Assembly (NCBI GenBank): GCA_004431415.1
Contig: QPMI01000125.1
Location: forward strand, 1 to 64,000
Source of the DNA: Cyanophora paradoxa CCMP329
Lineage: Eukaryota; Plantae; Glaucophyta
DNA length: 64,000 nt
Reading direction: 5' to 3'
The notes under the pieces were generated by a model that worked only from the letters and a program-made list of their open reading frames with translations, ran no database searches and had not been told where the DNA came from. A program made the translations under genes and the position numbers. Shown piece by piece: positions 40,401 through 53,852 of the stretch (position 1 is its first letter; every line of letters begins with the position of its first letter).

Positions 40401-43400
40401 GCTGCGGGAACGACTCCTGCTGCGCGAGCTCCGCGACCGGCTGCGGGAGCGGCTTCGCGAGCGGCTGCGGCCGCGGCCGCGGCGTGGGCGCCTGCGGGGG
40501 ATGGGGCGCGTGGGGCGGGGGCGGAGCGCGTCCGGGGCGGAGGGCCGGCGGAGGGACAGAGGGGGCGGCGCGGGCCCCTGCCGGGCCTGCGCGTCGATGT
40601 GGGCCTGGAAGGAGGGCGGGTACCTGGGCGCCGGTCAGCGGCGCGGGGGGCATGGCAAAAACGCGCGACCGGCACGCACTGGATGGCGGGCGGGAGGGCG
40701 GCGGGGGCGGGCCGGGGCGGGGGGCGGGGGCCGGGCCGGGGCCGGCGCGGAGAAGCGCTCGCTGAGCTTGAGGCGGCGGATTCCGTACTGGGCGCCCTGG
40801 AGCATGGCGATGGCGCGGTCCCTGTTCTGGCGCGTCCCGAACGAGACGACGAAGCCGGCGCCCTCCTGGCGCGCCGCCGTCGGCCCGAACGTCTTGAAGA
40901 AGGCCACGACCTGAGGGCGGCGGCTCGGGCCTGGGGTCGGGCGGGCGGGCGGGAGGCGCGGGGGCGCGGGCGCACGTCGTAGGGCGGGGTGCTGGCCGGC
41001 ATGCCGTGGACGTCAAGCTCGAACTGGGTGTAAGGGTTCGCGGCGGGGGGCGGCGGGGCGGCGGGGCGGGCGTGGGGGTGGCCGGGGCGGGGGCCGGGCG
41101 AGGGAGATGCCGGGGGCGGGGGGAGGACGGCGGGGTCGACGAGGGGGCGAGGGCGAGGACGAGGTCGCGGGCGGGGATGCGGGCGGGAGGTCCTGGGCGG
41201 TCAGGGCCGCCCGCGGGCGCCCGGGCCGAAGCCGGCGGCGGCGAGGAGCGCCGGCATGCCCGGGATGGGGAGGATGTCGGAGAAGCGGATGTCGGCGTGC
41301 GGCGCCGACGTGAACGTCGCGTACATGATCTGCACCAGCCCGAGCTCCGCGCCGGTCGCCGCCCGCGTCGGCGGGGCGGCGGCGGGCGCGGCGGGGGCGA
41401 GGCCGGCATGGCCGGGGGCGGGGAGAGGGAGGCGGCGGAGGAGAGGGGCGAGATGCGCGCGGCGAGGAGCGCCGCCTCGTCCTCCCGTCGGGGGAGCCGC
41501 GGGGCGGGGCCGGGGCGGGGGCGGCGGGGCGGCGGGGCGGGCTCGGGGAGGGGCGGGACTGGAGGGAGCGAGGGCGGCGGAGAAGGCGGCGGGGGCGTCC
41601 AGCGCGAGGAAGCCGGCGTCCGTCGAGGACTCGTCCACGTCGTACGGGCCCAGCACCCGCGGGGGCGCCTCCGCCTCCGAGTCCAGCTGCGCGGCGGCGT
41701 GGGCCGGGCGGGGCGGGGCGGGGCGGGCGTGGACGGACGGCGTCGCGGAGCTCGCGGATGTTGGCGCCGGCGAGGAGGCGCCGCCCCTCGAGGGCCGCCC
41801 CGTCGTCCTCCGCCCACGCGTCGTTTCCCCTGACGGTCGGCGTCGGCGGCGGCGGCGGCGGCGGCGCGGGGCGGGCGCGGGCGCGGTCGTCGGGGCGCGC
41901 ACGGGGCTGCCTCCTCTTCCTCGGCCGGGGCGTGCGGCGCGGGGGCGGCGGCGTGCGCGGCCGGCTCGTTCCAGCCCTCGCTCGTTTGCGCTGCGCCGGC
42001 CGTCCCGCCCCGGATCAGGCTGGGCCCCGAGCGCAGCGGAGCGGGGCGGACCGTCGGCGATGCAGCGGACGGCGACCAGGACGGCGGAGAGGTCGCGCCC
42101 GCGGGGCCGCGTCGTCGCGTCGTACGCCATCTCATGCAGCCGCCCTGCTCCGGCTGCTCAGCGGGGCGGGGCGGGGTGGGGGCGGGCGGGCGGGGGAGGC
42201 GGGGGGCACCCTCGGAGTCGGGCACGACGTCGATGCGCTGCCCGAAGATGCTCTGTCCGTGCATGCACCGCACCGCCTTCCCCAGGCTCTCCTCCGTCTT
42301 GTACCGGATCTGAGGCGCCGCGCCGCCCGCCTCAGAGCGCGCGCGCGATCCGGGGCGGGCGTGCGGCGGGCGGGCGGCACCCGCGCGAGGCCGACGTGGG
42401 GGGCGCCGTACAGCTGAACCAGCTCGATCTGGGGGTCGGTATGAGGGGCCGGGCGCGGGGCGCGGGGAGCGGGAGGCGGCGCGGGGCGCGCACGGCGCCG
42501 TAGCGGCCGAACTCGTCGACCGCGAAGGCCTCGTCGACCTGGGGCGCCAGGTTCGTAACGAAGGCCGTCCGCCGCCGCTCCGCCGCCGTCCCCGCCGACG
42601 GGTACTTGCGCGCCTCCTGCCCCGCCCCGCGTCAGCCAGCCAGCCGCGGACGCCGCCGGGGCCGCCGGGGCCGCCGGGGCCGGGGAGGAGGAGGACGACG
42701 ACGCCGCCGCACCTTGGCGGCGGCGGAGTTCTCGTCGTACTCGAAGGCTGGGACCTCCAGGGGCGGGATCCTCTGCGGCGAGGCGGCCCGCCGCACCGCC
42801 GCCGGCAGCCGCGCCTCCGGCCGCGGGTCGGAGACGGCCGGCTCCTCCTCCTGTTCGGGGGCGCCGTGAGCGAGCGAGGGGGCGGGGGCGGGGGGCGGGC
42901 AGGGGCGGGCGGACGCCGGGGCAGCGGCCGTCGACGCGGTAGACACGGCTGATGCCCAGCGTGTTGAGCAGCGGGTCCACCTCCGAGCGGTGCCCCGTGC
43001 TCAGGCTGCCGCCAGCGTCGGCAAGGCCAGCGGTCGGGCGGGGCGGGGCGGGCAGAACAGACCTGGGGTCGTGGAGCAGCTTCCAGTCGCCGCCGCGCTG
43101 GACGCAGGCGTAGCGCAGGCCGTCGTCGAAGGTGACGACGCGGTGGTTGGGCCGCTTGGGCCGGTCCTGCTCCCGCGGGTCCCACTCCGGCCCCGCCGCG
43201 CTGTTCGGCGAGTCCGGGGACGGCGACCGAGGCGGCTGGCCCGTCGGCGAGGGCGAGGGGCCGCCCCCGGGCCGCGGGGAGCGCGGAGGGGTCGGCCGGG
43301 GAGGCGAGGCCGACGGGGGGGCGTCGGGCGAGCGCTGGGGCGGCCCCCCTGGGCTGGCTGCCGGCGCCAGCTGCGGCTGCCCCGCGTGGGCCGCGGGCTC

Positions 43401-45684
43401 GCCCTTTTCCTCACTCTTCGTCGGCGCGGGGGGGAACGCGTGCGGCCCTTCAGCGTGGGCCCCCCCGCGCCCATGAAAATCCGGCGGCCACCCGAGGGGC
43501 GGCGCTCCAAGCCCCGGGCCCGCCGGCCCGGGGCCGCCGCCCCATGCCGCGGCAGGGAAGCCGTACGGAGCGGGCGGGCCCATCTGTTGCCAGCCGAACG
43601 GGCCGGGCGGGCCCATGCCCGGAGGGCCCATGCCCGGAGGGCCCATGCCCATACCAGGAGGGCCCATGCCGGGCGGGCTCATGCCGGGAGGGCTCATGCC
43701 CGGAGGGCCCATGCCGGGCGGGCCCATGCCGGGCGGGCCCATGCCTGGAGGGCCCATTCCGGGCGGGCCCATGCCGGGCGGGCCCATACCATGAGGGGCC
43801 ATGCCGGGAGAGCCCATGCCCGGGGGTCCCATGCCCATGCCGGGCGGGCCCATGCCGGGAGGACCCATGCCGGGAGGGCCCAGAGGCTGGCTGGGGAAGG
43901 GGCCGGAGACGGGGATGGGCCCGGGGCCCGGCGCGTGGTCGGGAGCGGGGGCCGGAGCCGGAGCGGGCGGCGCGGCGGCGTTGCGGACGGCGATGGCTGC
44001 GGCCGCCCGGGCGAACTGAGCCGCCGTCGACTCGTCCCCGTCGATCTGCCGGCCCGGCGGCGTCGGCGGCGGCGTCGGCGGGGCGCCACGGGGCGGGGGC
44101 GGGCGGGCGGGCGGGGGGCGGGGACAGTACCTGCATGTCGTCGTCGGCCGGCAGCTCGCCCGACGACAGCTCTGCGGCGGCGGCGGCTCGGGCGCGGGCG
44201 CGGGCGCCAGCTCGGGGCGGGGCGGGGCGGGGGCCGGACCGGCGAAGAACTGGGCGGCGAGGGACTTGGCCCCTTGCCCTTGCCCTTGCGCCTGCGCGGC
44301 CTCGCCGCCCTTGGCCCACGCGGGAAGGGGCCCCGAGGCCACGGCGAAGGGCGGCTGGCCCCCGGGCCTCGCGGCGCCGGCCGGCCTCGGCTTCACCAGC
44401 TGGCCCTTCGTGTCGATCTTGAACGCGATCTTTCTCTCCTCCCTCTGCTGCGCCGGCTCCTCTCTCGCTGGCTCGGGCGCCGCCGCGGCGGCCGCCAGCT
44501 CGGGCCCCGCCGCCGGCGGCGGCGGCTGAGGCTCCTGCACGCCCGACTCCGGAGCCTTAGGAGCGGCGTCCTCGTCGACCCGCCTCCGCTGCGGCTCCCG
44601 CTGCTTCTCCGCAGCCGCCGCAGCCTTGCGCGAGCCCGCCCCATTCTCCCCGTCGCCCTCCGGGGCCCGCCGCTTGCCCTTGCCCCCCGGGGGCGGCGCC
44701 CGCCCGCGGCCTGCAGGGCCGCCGCGCCTGCGCGAAAGGTGAGAAAAAGGAAGGAGAAAGGAAGGGCGGCGAAAGCGGGGCGGACCTCGCGGACGGAGCG
44801 GCGGCGCGGGGCGACCCTTCCTCGGAGGAAATGGAAGAAACGGGCGAGTACGTCCCCAGCGCCTTGGCTCCCTTGCGGTCACGGTCGCGGGAGGGGCTGC
44901 GCGAGCGCCCTCGGCTCCGGGAGCGCGAGCGGGATCGGGAGGAGCGCCGCCGGGGCGGGGAGCGAGAGTTCGGGCGGCGACCGGCGGGACGGGGCGGGGA
45001 GCGGCGCCCGGGCGGCCGGGGCCGGCCGCGCCCCGCGCCGGGCGGAGAGCGGGCGCGCGGCTCGGGAGGGGTTCGAGAGCGGACTCGGGGCGGTGGCGGG
45101 GAACGAGGACGCGGCGGTGGCGGGCTTCGGCCGCGCGGAGGCGGCCCGGGCGGCGGCGGCGAGATCCCGCGCTCCGGAGAAGCTATTGGAGAAGGCATAT
45201 CCCGCCAATACGGCGGCGGCGGCGGGCGATCGTAGAAGCCCGGCCGCGCGTACGGGTCAGGCGGTGGCGGGGGCCTGTCATAGAAGCCGCGCGGCGGCAG
45301 CGGCGGGCCAGGAGGCATCGGAGGCGGAGTGAGCCTGTGGTATGGCTCGTAGCCGCGGCCGGGCGGACTGCGGTTGAGCGGAGATGCAGGTCGATGAAGG
45401 AAGGGCCGACCGCCGGGAGGAGGCCGGAAGCGCTCGTCGTTCCGGTCATCCCGCCACGCCGGTTCCGCGTCTCGCTTCGCCGGCGGCGGTGCGGGCACTT
45501 CGTCAGGCAACTCGCCCTCCTCCGCCTCGCCTTCTTCCCGTTCCGGCTCCGCGGGCTTCACGGCGGTTGTAGCTTGAGGAGGAGGGTTGATGGGTGCCGT
45601 TGCAGGCGCTGTTCTTGTAGGCGCGAGAGGCGGGGCGGCCTTCGCCTGGCCCTCGTCGGCCTCGCCCTCCTCAAAGTCCACCAT
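36964..45684 (-). CDS. SET1: SET1/SETD1-type histone H3K4 methyltransferase (RRM, low-complexity Pro/RS regions, SET, post-SET); many introns
   Basis: [125 protein letters not shown]-like exons [20 protein letters not shown] and [31 protein letters not shown] 45684. Confidence 0.93.
43610..43885 (-). repeat. 15-bp coding tandem repeat encoding (GMGPP)n in SET1
   Basis: cccatgccgggcggg-type units; translation [12 protein letters not shown]... Confidence 0.9.
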
Positions 45685-46145
45685 CGTTCGCGCTGAGAGG
45701 ACGTTCCACGATAGATGTATCGCGCTTTGGACAACGTCGCTTGCGCCGATCGTACGCGCTGGCGCCGCTCGAAGATGAGCGAGGCGCGGTTGGGTCCAAC
45801 TGGCGCAGAACCGCTGGACGGCCTCCTACGCAACGTTCCGGCGCGTTCGAGGCGCGTTCCGGGCTTTGGCGCGCGGACCCGGGTACAGTGCGATATCGAA
45901 CACCCCGCCCTCGTGTGAAAGCAGACGTCCGGGCGTTCGTCGTTTCTCAGTGCCCGCTCCCTGATCCCAGAGAGCGGTGACAGCGGAAGCGGCGCCTTGC
46001 GCACCCGATCTCCAGGTGTTGAAGGCGATTGCCTCTGAGGCTCAGCGACCGCGCGCAACATCTGATATCGAAAGCACGGTGCGATATGAACCCATGCGGC
46101 GCCGCGCCCGCGAAGTCTTACGCGCGCGCGCGGTCTTTTGCAGCG

Positions 46146-47496
46146 ATGAGCATCAACCAGCCAGTTGGCCAGAAGCGCCTTACGAACGTCGCCGTTGTGA
46201 GGCTGAAAAAGGGCGGTAAGCGCTTCGAGATTGCCTGCTACAAGAACAAGGTCGTCTCCTGGCGGCAGGGCGTGTGCGCGGCGCCTCGCGCGGCTCTGCT
46301 CAGTGGGAAGATGCCCTCGCCGACTGGTGCCGCAGTGAAAAGGACATCGACGAGGTCCTGCAGACCCACACGGTCTTCATCAACGTGAGCAAGGGCCAGT
46401 TTGCGACCAAGGAGGACATCGTGAAAGTGTTTGGCACTGAAGATCAGTCGAAGATCTGCCTAGAGGCGCGCTCTCCGACCGTCGCCGCGCCGGCGCCGGC
46501 CCTCCGCGCCGCCGCAGCTGAGGCCCCGCTCAGATTCTGGCCAAGGGGGAGCTGCAAGTGTCGGACAAGGAGCGGGCCGTGGAGCTGGACAGCCGCTTCC
46601 ACGAGATCGCGACGATAGTCGCAGAGAAGTGCATAGACCGCACGACGCAGGCGAGCGAGCGAGCGGGCGCCGGGGGCGGGGGCCCTGGGCCGGCCGCCTG
46701 AGCTGACGCCGGCGGGCGATCGCGAGCAGAAGCCGATGCCGGTAACGCTGATCGAGAAGGCGATGCGAGACATGCACTACTCGATCAACCCCAACAAGAA
46801 CGCGAAGCAGCAGGCGCCGCCGCCGCGCCGCCGCCGCGCCGCGCCGCCGGCGCCGCCGCGAACCCTGACCCGACCCGCGGCAGGCCCTGGATCTCATCAA
46901 GCTGATCCAGCAGAGGCTGCCCGACCTCCAGCGCGCCGAAATGCAGATCAAAGTTCGCCCCGCCCCGTCGTCGCCGCCCCAGCCTCCGCCCCCGCCCCGC
47001 CCCTCGGCCCCTGAGCGCGTACCCCCGCAGGTGATGATCCCCGAGGCACTGGCAAAGAAGGTGCCGCCGAAGCCGAAGCGCTCCGAGCCTCCCCCCCCCC
47101 CCCCCCCCCCCCCCCCTTTCCGAAACCGAGGGCGCCCGGCGCAGGTGAAGGCAGAGCTGCAGCCGCACGTGACGACGAGCCTGGGCGACAAGGTCGACGG
47201 GGGCAAGCTCCACTGGGTGCGTGCCTGCGGTCCCTGCGGCCTTCGGGGATCGGAGCACCCCCCGCTCACTCACCGCGCCTCGGGATCGCAGGTCTTCCAG
47301 ATCGACCCGGGCAGCTTCCGGCAGGTGCGGGCCTCGCGGCGGGGCGGGGCGGGGCGCCGGGCGCCACGCGGCGTGGCCGACGATGCCGGCGGCCGCGAGC
47401 GTGCAGGTGGACGAGGCGGTGCGGGGGGCGGCGGGGGCCTCCCTCGAGATCCTCAACCTCGCCGCCCGCCAGGAGGGCGACGACGCGTTCGAGTAG
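46146..47496 (+). CDS. SBDS: Ribosome maturation protein SBDS/Sdo1; 9 exons
   Basis: [123 protein letters not shown] 46146, TAG 47494-47496. Confidence 0.96.
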
Positions 47497-50344
47497 CGCC
47501 GCCCCCGCCCCCGCCCCACCAGCGCTTTAGCTGGGGGCTGGGGCTGCCTCCGACGCCCGCACCCGCGCGCTGGCGCGCTGGAGGCACCCACTCCCCGTCC
47601 CCAGGCCCCGCCCACCGCCTTGTCGCCTCCGGTTCTCGAAGAGTACCACTACAAGCTCATATGACTGACTGCAGCGGAGTTCGAGGGTGCGCTAGCGTAG
47701 GGCGCCCCCCGCCGGGCCCCGGCCTGGCCCCCGCATGTGGCCGGCGCCGCGGCCGCGCGCGCGCGCCGCGTACGTATACTATAGCTAGTCGGTGCGACGG
47801 GTACGTATACGTTTATACGCAGTGCTACGCATGCGCATCTAACTAGTAAGTTACTAACTAGCAAGTTAACGTTATATAATTAGAGTCGAGCAGCGGCCCG
47901 GCCCGCGGCCCTTGCAATTGCAATTGGCCAAGGGCGCGGCGCCGCCGCGCGCCGGCGCCGCGGCGCCCGCGGCCGGCCGCGCGGCCCGGCCGCGGCAGGC
48001 CCGGCGGCGGCCCGCCCCGCCGGCGGGCCCGGGCGCCTGCCTGCAGCTGCACTAGTACTTGCACGCTGGCTTGCGCGCGAGCCTCGGAGTCCAGAATCCA
48101 GATTCGGATCAAACCTTGAAGCCTCAGGGCCTTGAAGTACTAGTTGCACCGTACTTGCCAAGTTGCACGTCGCCGAGTCGACCCGGCCGGCCCGAGCCGC
48201 CCCGGTCCCGAGTCCCGACGGCTTGGCGGCCGGACCGTACGTATACGCCGTAGCGACAGAACGCTCATGTTAACTGATCTAGAGCAAAACTGTCCCCCGC
48301 GGAATCGATGTCGCGGCGCTGCCGGCCAGCCAGCCAGCCGGGCCTCCGGGGCCTCCTGAGCTTCCCTCTAAGTCTCCTGACGCTGGCTTCTGAGCTTCTC
48401 CTGAGCTTCCCCTGAGCTTCCTGAGCTTCCCCCTAAGCTTCTACGACGGCGCAGGTGCAGCTGACGACGGCGAAGCAGCGGACGGCGGCGCGGGGCCTCT
48501 TCCAGTCCGGCGGCTTCGCCTCCGTCCTCCGATCGCGTGCCTCCACGGAGCCTCGCGGAGTCTCGACTCTCGAGTGCGCAAAAACTCCGGTGCCGATTCA
48601 CACGTGCACTGCCGAACCACGCCATTGGCCAAGTTGGGGGAAAAAGATTCACTTGCGTGTTTTTTTTCAAAAAAATGCAATTGTCGAGTCAATGTCGACC
48701 TCGACGGCGAGTCGACGCGCGCGTACGTCACCCAGCTGTTAACGTTGCCCCGCCGCCGGGCCGCCGGCCCGGCGGCGGCCGCCGCTCAGCGGCTAGCTAC
48801 AGCGCCGCCGCCGCCGCGGCGCTTGCCAAGTTGCCAAGTTGCCGGCTCTAGATCTGGCTGTTCACAGATCTAGACTCGCAGTCAGAGTCTCGAGCCTCGA
48901 CTCATCAGAGACTCAGAGGCACCTTCAAAAGCTTAAATTCGGATTGTAAAAGAAGTTAATACAATCATGAGATGCGCTAATTAAGAAGCCTAATTTTTTA
49001 AAGATGAAGTCTAGTCTCTCAGAAAAAGTTCAGAAAATGGCAGTAATCTTCGCTGATCTTAACTTGTTACAATCTTTCCATTCACGCCGGCGCCACGCAC
49101 AGGATTTGACTCATTTGAGAACTGCAGAGTCTGCAGCTGAGAGCCTGAGACTCCTGAGAGTCTAAATATGTGCAAGCAATCAATGATTGAGCGTCAGAGA
49201 CGGCCGGACTTGATAATGATTCATGACAAGGTTAACAATTCTCAATGACAATTAAGCTTGCGCCCGTTCAAAAAAAGACAAGCGTTTAATTTTGTCGACG
49301 TCGACGTCGATCGCGATATCGCCGAGTCGATCAGCGACTGTTGACGTCGACGTCAGCTGCATGCAGGATGCAGCTGCGCATGCCGCAGTGCAAGTTCAAC
49401 GGTTGTACTGAACTTGTACATGTGCAACCTTAACTTAGTAACTAAAATGCATTGTTTCTCACTGAGTCATGGACGTACTACGGTACGTCGACAACTTTCT
49501 GTTGATTATAAAAACAACGACTTCAAGAATTCGATATCGATCGAATGAAAACCGCGCCGTTTGGGCAACTTACCTTCGCTCAGCTGCATCATCCTGCCTG
49601 CAGGCTGGGAGCGGGCTCGCGATCGCGAGTCGCGAGTCTCGCGACAGCGGTAAAACATGCAATTATCCAGCGTGACTTTATTTCGGCAAAACCCGAAAAA
49701 TGTGCCGAAATTGTGGTTCATCGGCATCATATTTTCGTCAACACAGCCAGTCCGTCTAGGTGGCGGGTACTATGATCCCTCTTCTGCCTTACATCTGCAC
49801 AATTCTGGCAGTTTCAAATATTCGGCGCCGCAACTTGGCAAGGCTATATATGCGGCCTAGGCGCCGGCCTCTGCCGAATAGCGCCGAATATTAACTTTTA
49901 GTAAGTGCCCGCCGGAGATTTCGTGTTTTAAAAATTTACAGTAACGTCGACGTACCTCGGTCGACGTCGACGTCGACGTCAGAGTTAAATATTTGCATGC
50001 GCATGCATATGCGCAGGCCCAGGTGCAGGGAATCGAAGAGCTCACGCGGCATGCGCACACTCGGAACCGACACAGGCTAGGCCGGTTGACGCCCAGCTGT
50101 TACACTTATGCTTGTACCCCCGGCGGGCCGCGCAAAACTTGCGGAAGCAGTACTAGTCATCAGCGGATCACGGTTGCGACATTAACGCCGAGCACGCGCG
50201 GCGACTCCCTAGCAGCGGTACAGCAAACCAGCACCGCAAGCAGCCCGAGGACAGCGCCAGCAGTCATAACGCCGCTTCGTCGGACGTCGGCCTTGCTCAT
50301 TCGGGCTCGCCATCGGCCGCCGCAGCCCAGCACAACGCAGCACG

Positions 50345-52132
50345 ATGTCCTCCGCAATTACAGACCGCAACCAGAGCCCAGTGCGTGCCGCCCGCGCGGC
50401 CCGTTGACTGAACCAAAATTCATCTGACATGTGCGCAGCCAGCAGAGCCGGCCCCGCTCGAGGGCGAGCAGCTGCAGAACAAGCCCAGCGAGGTATACTT
50501 TCTGTAGCCGCGCCAGCTCGCCCGCCAGCCGCGCCCCCGTCTGACAGGTTATACTCACAGGTTGATCGCGACAAGCAGAAACGGCGGGCCCAGCCCGCAG
50601 CGCCCCGGTCGGCCTTCGTAATCTTCAGAACTGGTCAGTAAACCATGTTTATAGTTGTCTTGAGGCTCGCCCCAAGCCGAGCCTAGACCTCCCGCTTCGT
50701 CCCCTTCCTAGCCCGACCGAGGCAAAGTCTAGTCTAGCGGCTCGCGCAGACTGTGTTCTCGAGACTCACACGCTGTACGCAACGCGCAGCTGTCCGTCAG
50801 AGCATCCGCGCACAGGTACGCGTCGCGTCAGGTCCGGTCCGGTCCCGCGACGCCCTCGTTCTCACGAGTCACGACCGGCGGCCGCAGAACCCCAACTTGG
50901 GGTCAGAGGCCATTTCAAAGATCATCAGCGTTCACTGGCGCAAGTTGAGTGCTGCCGAGCAGAAGGTGCGAGCTGAACCTAGTCACGCGCCTCTTCCCCT
51001 CCGGACTTCGTCGCTTCGAAGTGGGCTGAACCCAAAGAAGAGCGTTTTTGAATAAAAACATCGCACTAGAATAGCACGCGTATTCTCTCGCCAGCGCTCA
51101 GTCGAACTGATCCGTTTCTCGCAGCCGTACTTCGAGGAGGCCGAGGAGGACAAGGTCCGCTACCAGCGGGAGGTGGCCGCATACGCCGCCAGCCTCGCCG
51201 TCGTTGCCGTCGTCTCTCCCAAGGAGGAGGTGCCTTCACTCCGGCCGGCCGCGGGGCGCTCCTTCGCTCGCACGCTGACACGCGGGGCAGTCACCGGGCG
51301 CCGCTGCGCCGGTCGGCGCCGACGGGGAGAGCAGCCGCCCGAAGCGCCGGCGCATCGCGTCGCGCCGCGGTGTGAACCCGCTCTTCATCGACTCGCCCGC
51401 CGAGGCGATCCCGGAGGTCAAGCGCGAGCCGGCGAGCGTGCCCCCGTCGTACGCGTCGGGCTCGGTTGAGAGCTACTCCTCCGACGACACGAGCCCGCGG
51501 CTCGACACGCCCAAGGCGCACGGCTCCCCGCGCGAGTCGTCCGCCCCTTTCCTTTTCGTTCCTTTTCCTCGCTTCTCTGAGCGTCCCCGAGCAGCGTCGT
51601 CTTCGACTTCGAGGACCAGGACAACGAGGTGGCGTCCCTGTCGGGCAAGCGGAGGAAGCGGGTCGGGGCGCGCTCGCACGCGCCGGGCTGCATGTGCCCC
51701 TTCCACCGCAAGGGCAGCGAGGGCGAATCGGAGGAAGAGGAGTGCGCGGCGCTCGCGCAGCACGCTTCCGCGTCGGCGTCGGCGGGCCGGCGGATGGGCG
51801 TGCACAGCCACGGCCCCAACTGCAAGTGCAAGTATCACTGCGCGCAGCGCGGCGAGCGCTGGGTGCAGAAGGGCGCCACCGCCGGCTCCCCGCGCCGCCA
51901 GAGCGACGCCGGCGAGGGCTATGGGTCGGAGGGATCGTCCCGCCAGCAGCAGCAGCAGCAGCGGCGGCGGCGCCCGGAGGGCCGCGTCTGGGCCGACGAG
52001 GAGCGGAGCGAGGCCGAATCGGACGTGGAAAGCCTCGTGCCGGAGACGGACGAGAGCGACCAGGAGGAGCTCGAGGCCGCCTCGCTCCCCTGGGGCCTCG
52101 ACACGCTCATCGCCGTCTCCTCCAAGTACTGA
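50345..52132 (+). CDS. HMG-box protein with C-terminal His/Cys motifs; multi-exon
   Basis: The spliced HMG box reads PAAPRSAFVIFRT-AVRQSIRAQ-NPNLGSEAISKIISVHWRKLSAAEQK-PYFEEAEEDKVRYQREVAAY. The last exon ends ...LIAVSSKY*. The start is inferred at ATG 50345. Confidence 0.85.
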
Positions 52133-53852
52133 GCCGCCTCCACGCGTTCACCGTCTCTTTCATCGTTTTTGAAATCGCGGCCCTCCATAATTAATTCCAG
52201 ACCCCCGCCTTCATTCACTCCGATCCTTACGTATAATATGTAGTAGTACCTTGATACGTATACCGGCATTCTCCGTCGCTCCTCGAGCGACTTCAAGCAG
52301 TCACGTGGCTGGCCTCAGTTCCAGCGTTGTTTAACGTAGGAAGCTTTGAAATCGACCATCAAATGCGCATACAGATCTAGGGTATACGTAGTAATAGAGA
52401 TGTAGAGCACAGTGTCCTATTTTTCTATTGCGTGGGCGGCTCGCTCGTTTAAGCCTAATGATGTTGCAGCTAATTGTTTAGAGATGTTTTCTGCCCCGCC
52501 TTGCAGTGGGTGGTCAGTAAAGGCCGGCTGCCGACAGTCACTGAGTAATTTTCTATGTGTGTAAGCTTGCATCGCTTTCTGAAGGCTAGCGGTTTGATCC
52601 ATGATGTGGGGCTTCAAAGCGCCCCTAGTGTAGTGCACTGTAGTCTCCGAGGCTCTTAGTAACTCTGTGAAGTGTTCATTTTTTGTCGTTCGCATGTATG
52701 AGTGCTCCTAGGTCTAGTGCTAATCATCGATTATTGGATAGTCAATCGCTTGTGTGTGTATTGCATTGCGTTCATGTTGCATTCGTATGATAGTATTAGT
52801 TCTCTATTTAATTATGACCTTGAACACGAGCACGGCCCCAACTGCAAGTGCAAGTATCACTGCGCGCAGCGCGGCGAGCGCTGGGTGCAGAAGGGCGCCA
52901 CCGCCGGCTCCCCGCGCCGCCAGAGCGACGCCGGCGAGGGCTATGGGTCGGAGGGATCGTCCCGCCAGCAGCAGCAGCAGCAGCGGCGGCGGCGCCCGGA
53001 GGGCCGCGTCTGGGCCGACGAGGAGCGGAGCGAGGCCGAATCGGACGTGGAAAGCCTCGTGCCGGAGACGGACGAGAGCGACCAGGAGGAGCTCGAGGCC
53101 GCCTCGCTCCCCTGGGGCCTCGACACGCTCATCGCCGTCTCCTCCAAGTACTGAGCCGCCTCCACGCGTTCACCGTCTCTTTCATCGTTTTTGAAATCGC
53201 GGCCCTCCATAATTAATTCCAGACCCCCGCCTTCATTCACTCCGATCCTTACGTATAATATGTAGTAGTACCTTGATACGTATACCGGCATTCTCCGTCG
53301 CTCCTCGAGCGACTTCAAGCAGTCACGTGGCTGGCCTCAGTTCCAGCGTTGTTTAACGTAGGAAGCTTTGAAATCGACCATCAAATGCGCATACAGATCT
53401 AGGGTATACGTAGTAATAGAGATGTAGAGCACAGTGTCCTATTTTTCTATTGCGTGGGCGGCTCGCTCGTTTAAGCCTAATGATGTTGCAGCTAATTGTT
53501 TAGAGATGTTTTCTGCCCCGCCTTGCAGTGGGTGGTCAGTAAAGGCCGGCTGCCGACAGTCACTGAGTAATTTTCTATGTGTGTAAGCTTGCATCGCTTT
53601 CTGAAGGCTAGCGGTTTGATCCATGATGTGGGGCTTCAAAGCGCCCCTAGTGTAGTGCACTGTAGTCTCCGAGGCTCTTAGTAACTCTGTGAAGTGTTCA
53701 TTTTTTGTCGTTCGCATGTATGAGTGCTCCTAGGTCTAGTGCTAATCATCGATTATTGGATAGTCAATCGCTTGTGTGTGTATTGCATTGCGTTCATGTT
53801 GCATTCGTATGATAGTATTAGTTCTCTATTTAATTATGACCTTGAACACGAG
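51809..53852 (+). repeat. 1,022-bp tandem duplication (51809-52830 and 52831-53852)
   Basis: The ORF track shows identical ORFs offset by exactly 1022 (51919/52941, 52417/53439). The copies appear identical by eye. Confidence 0.95.

Noticed and set aside
39229-45332. Very long Arg/Pro/Gly/Ala-rich ORFs on both strands (up to 1074 aa)
   Set aside because: These are shadow frames caused by extreme GC content; the real coding signal is the spliced SET1 gene.
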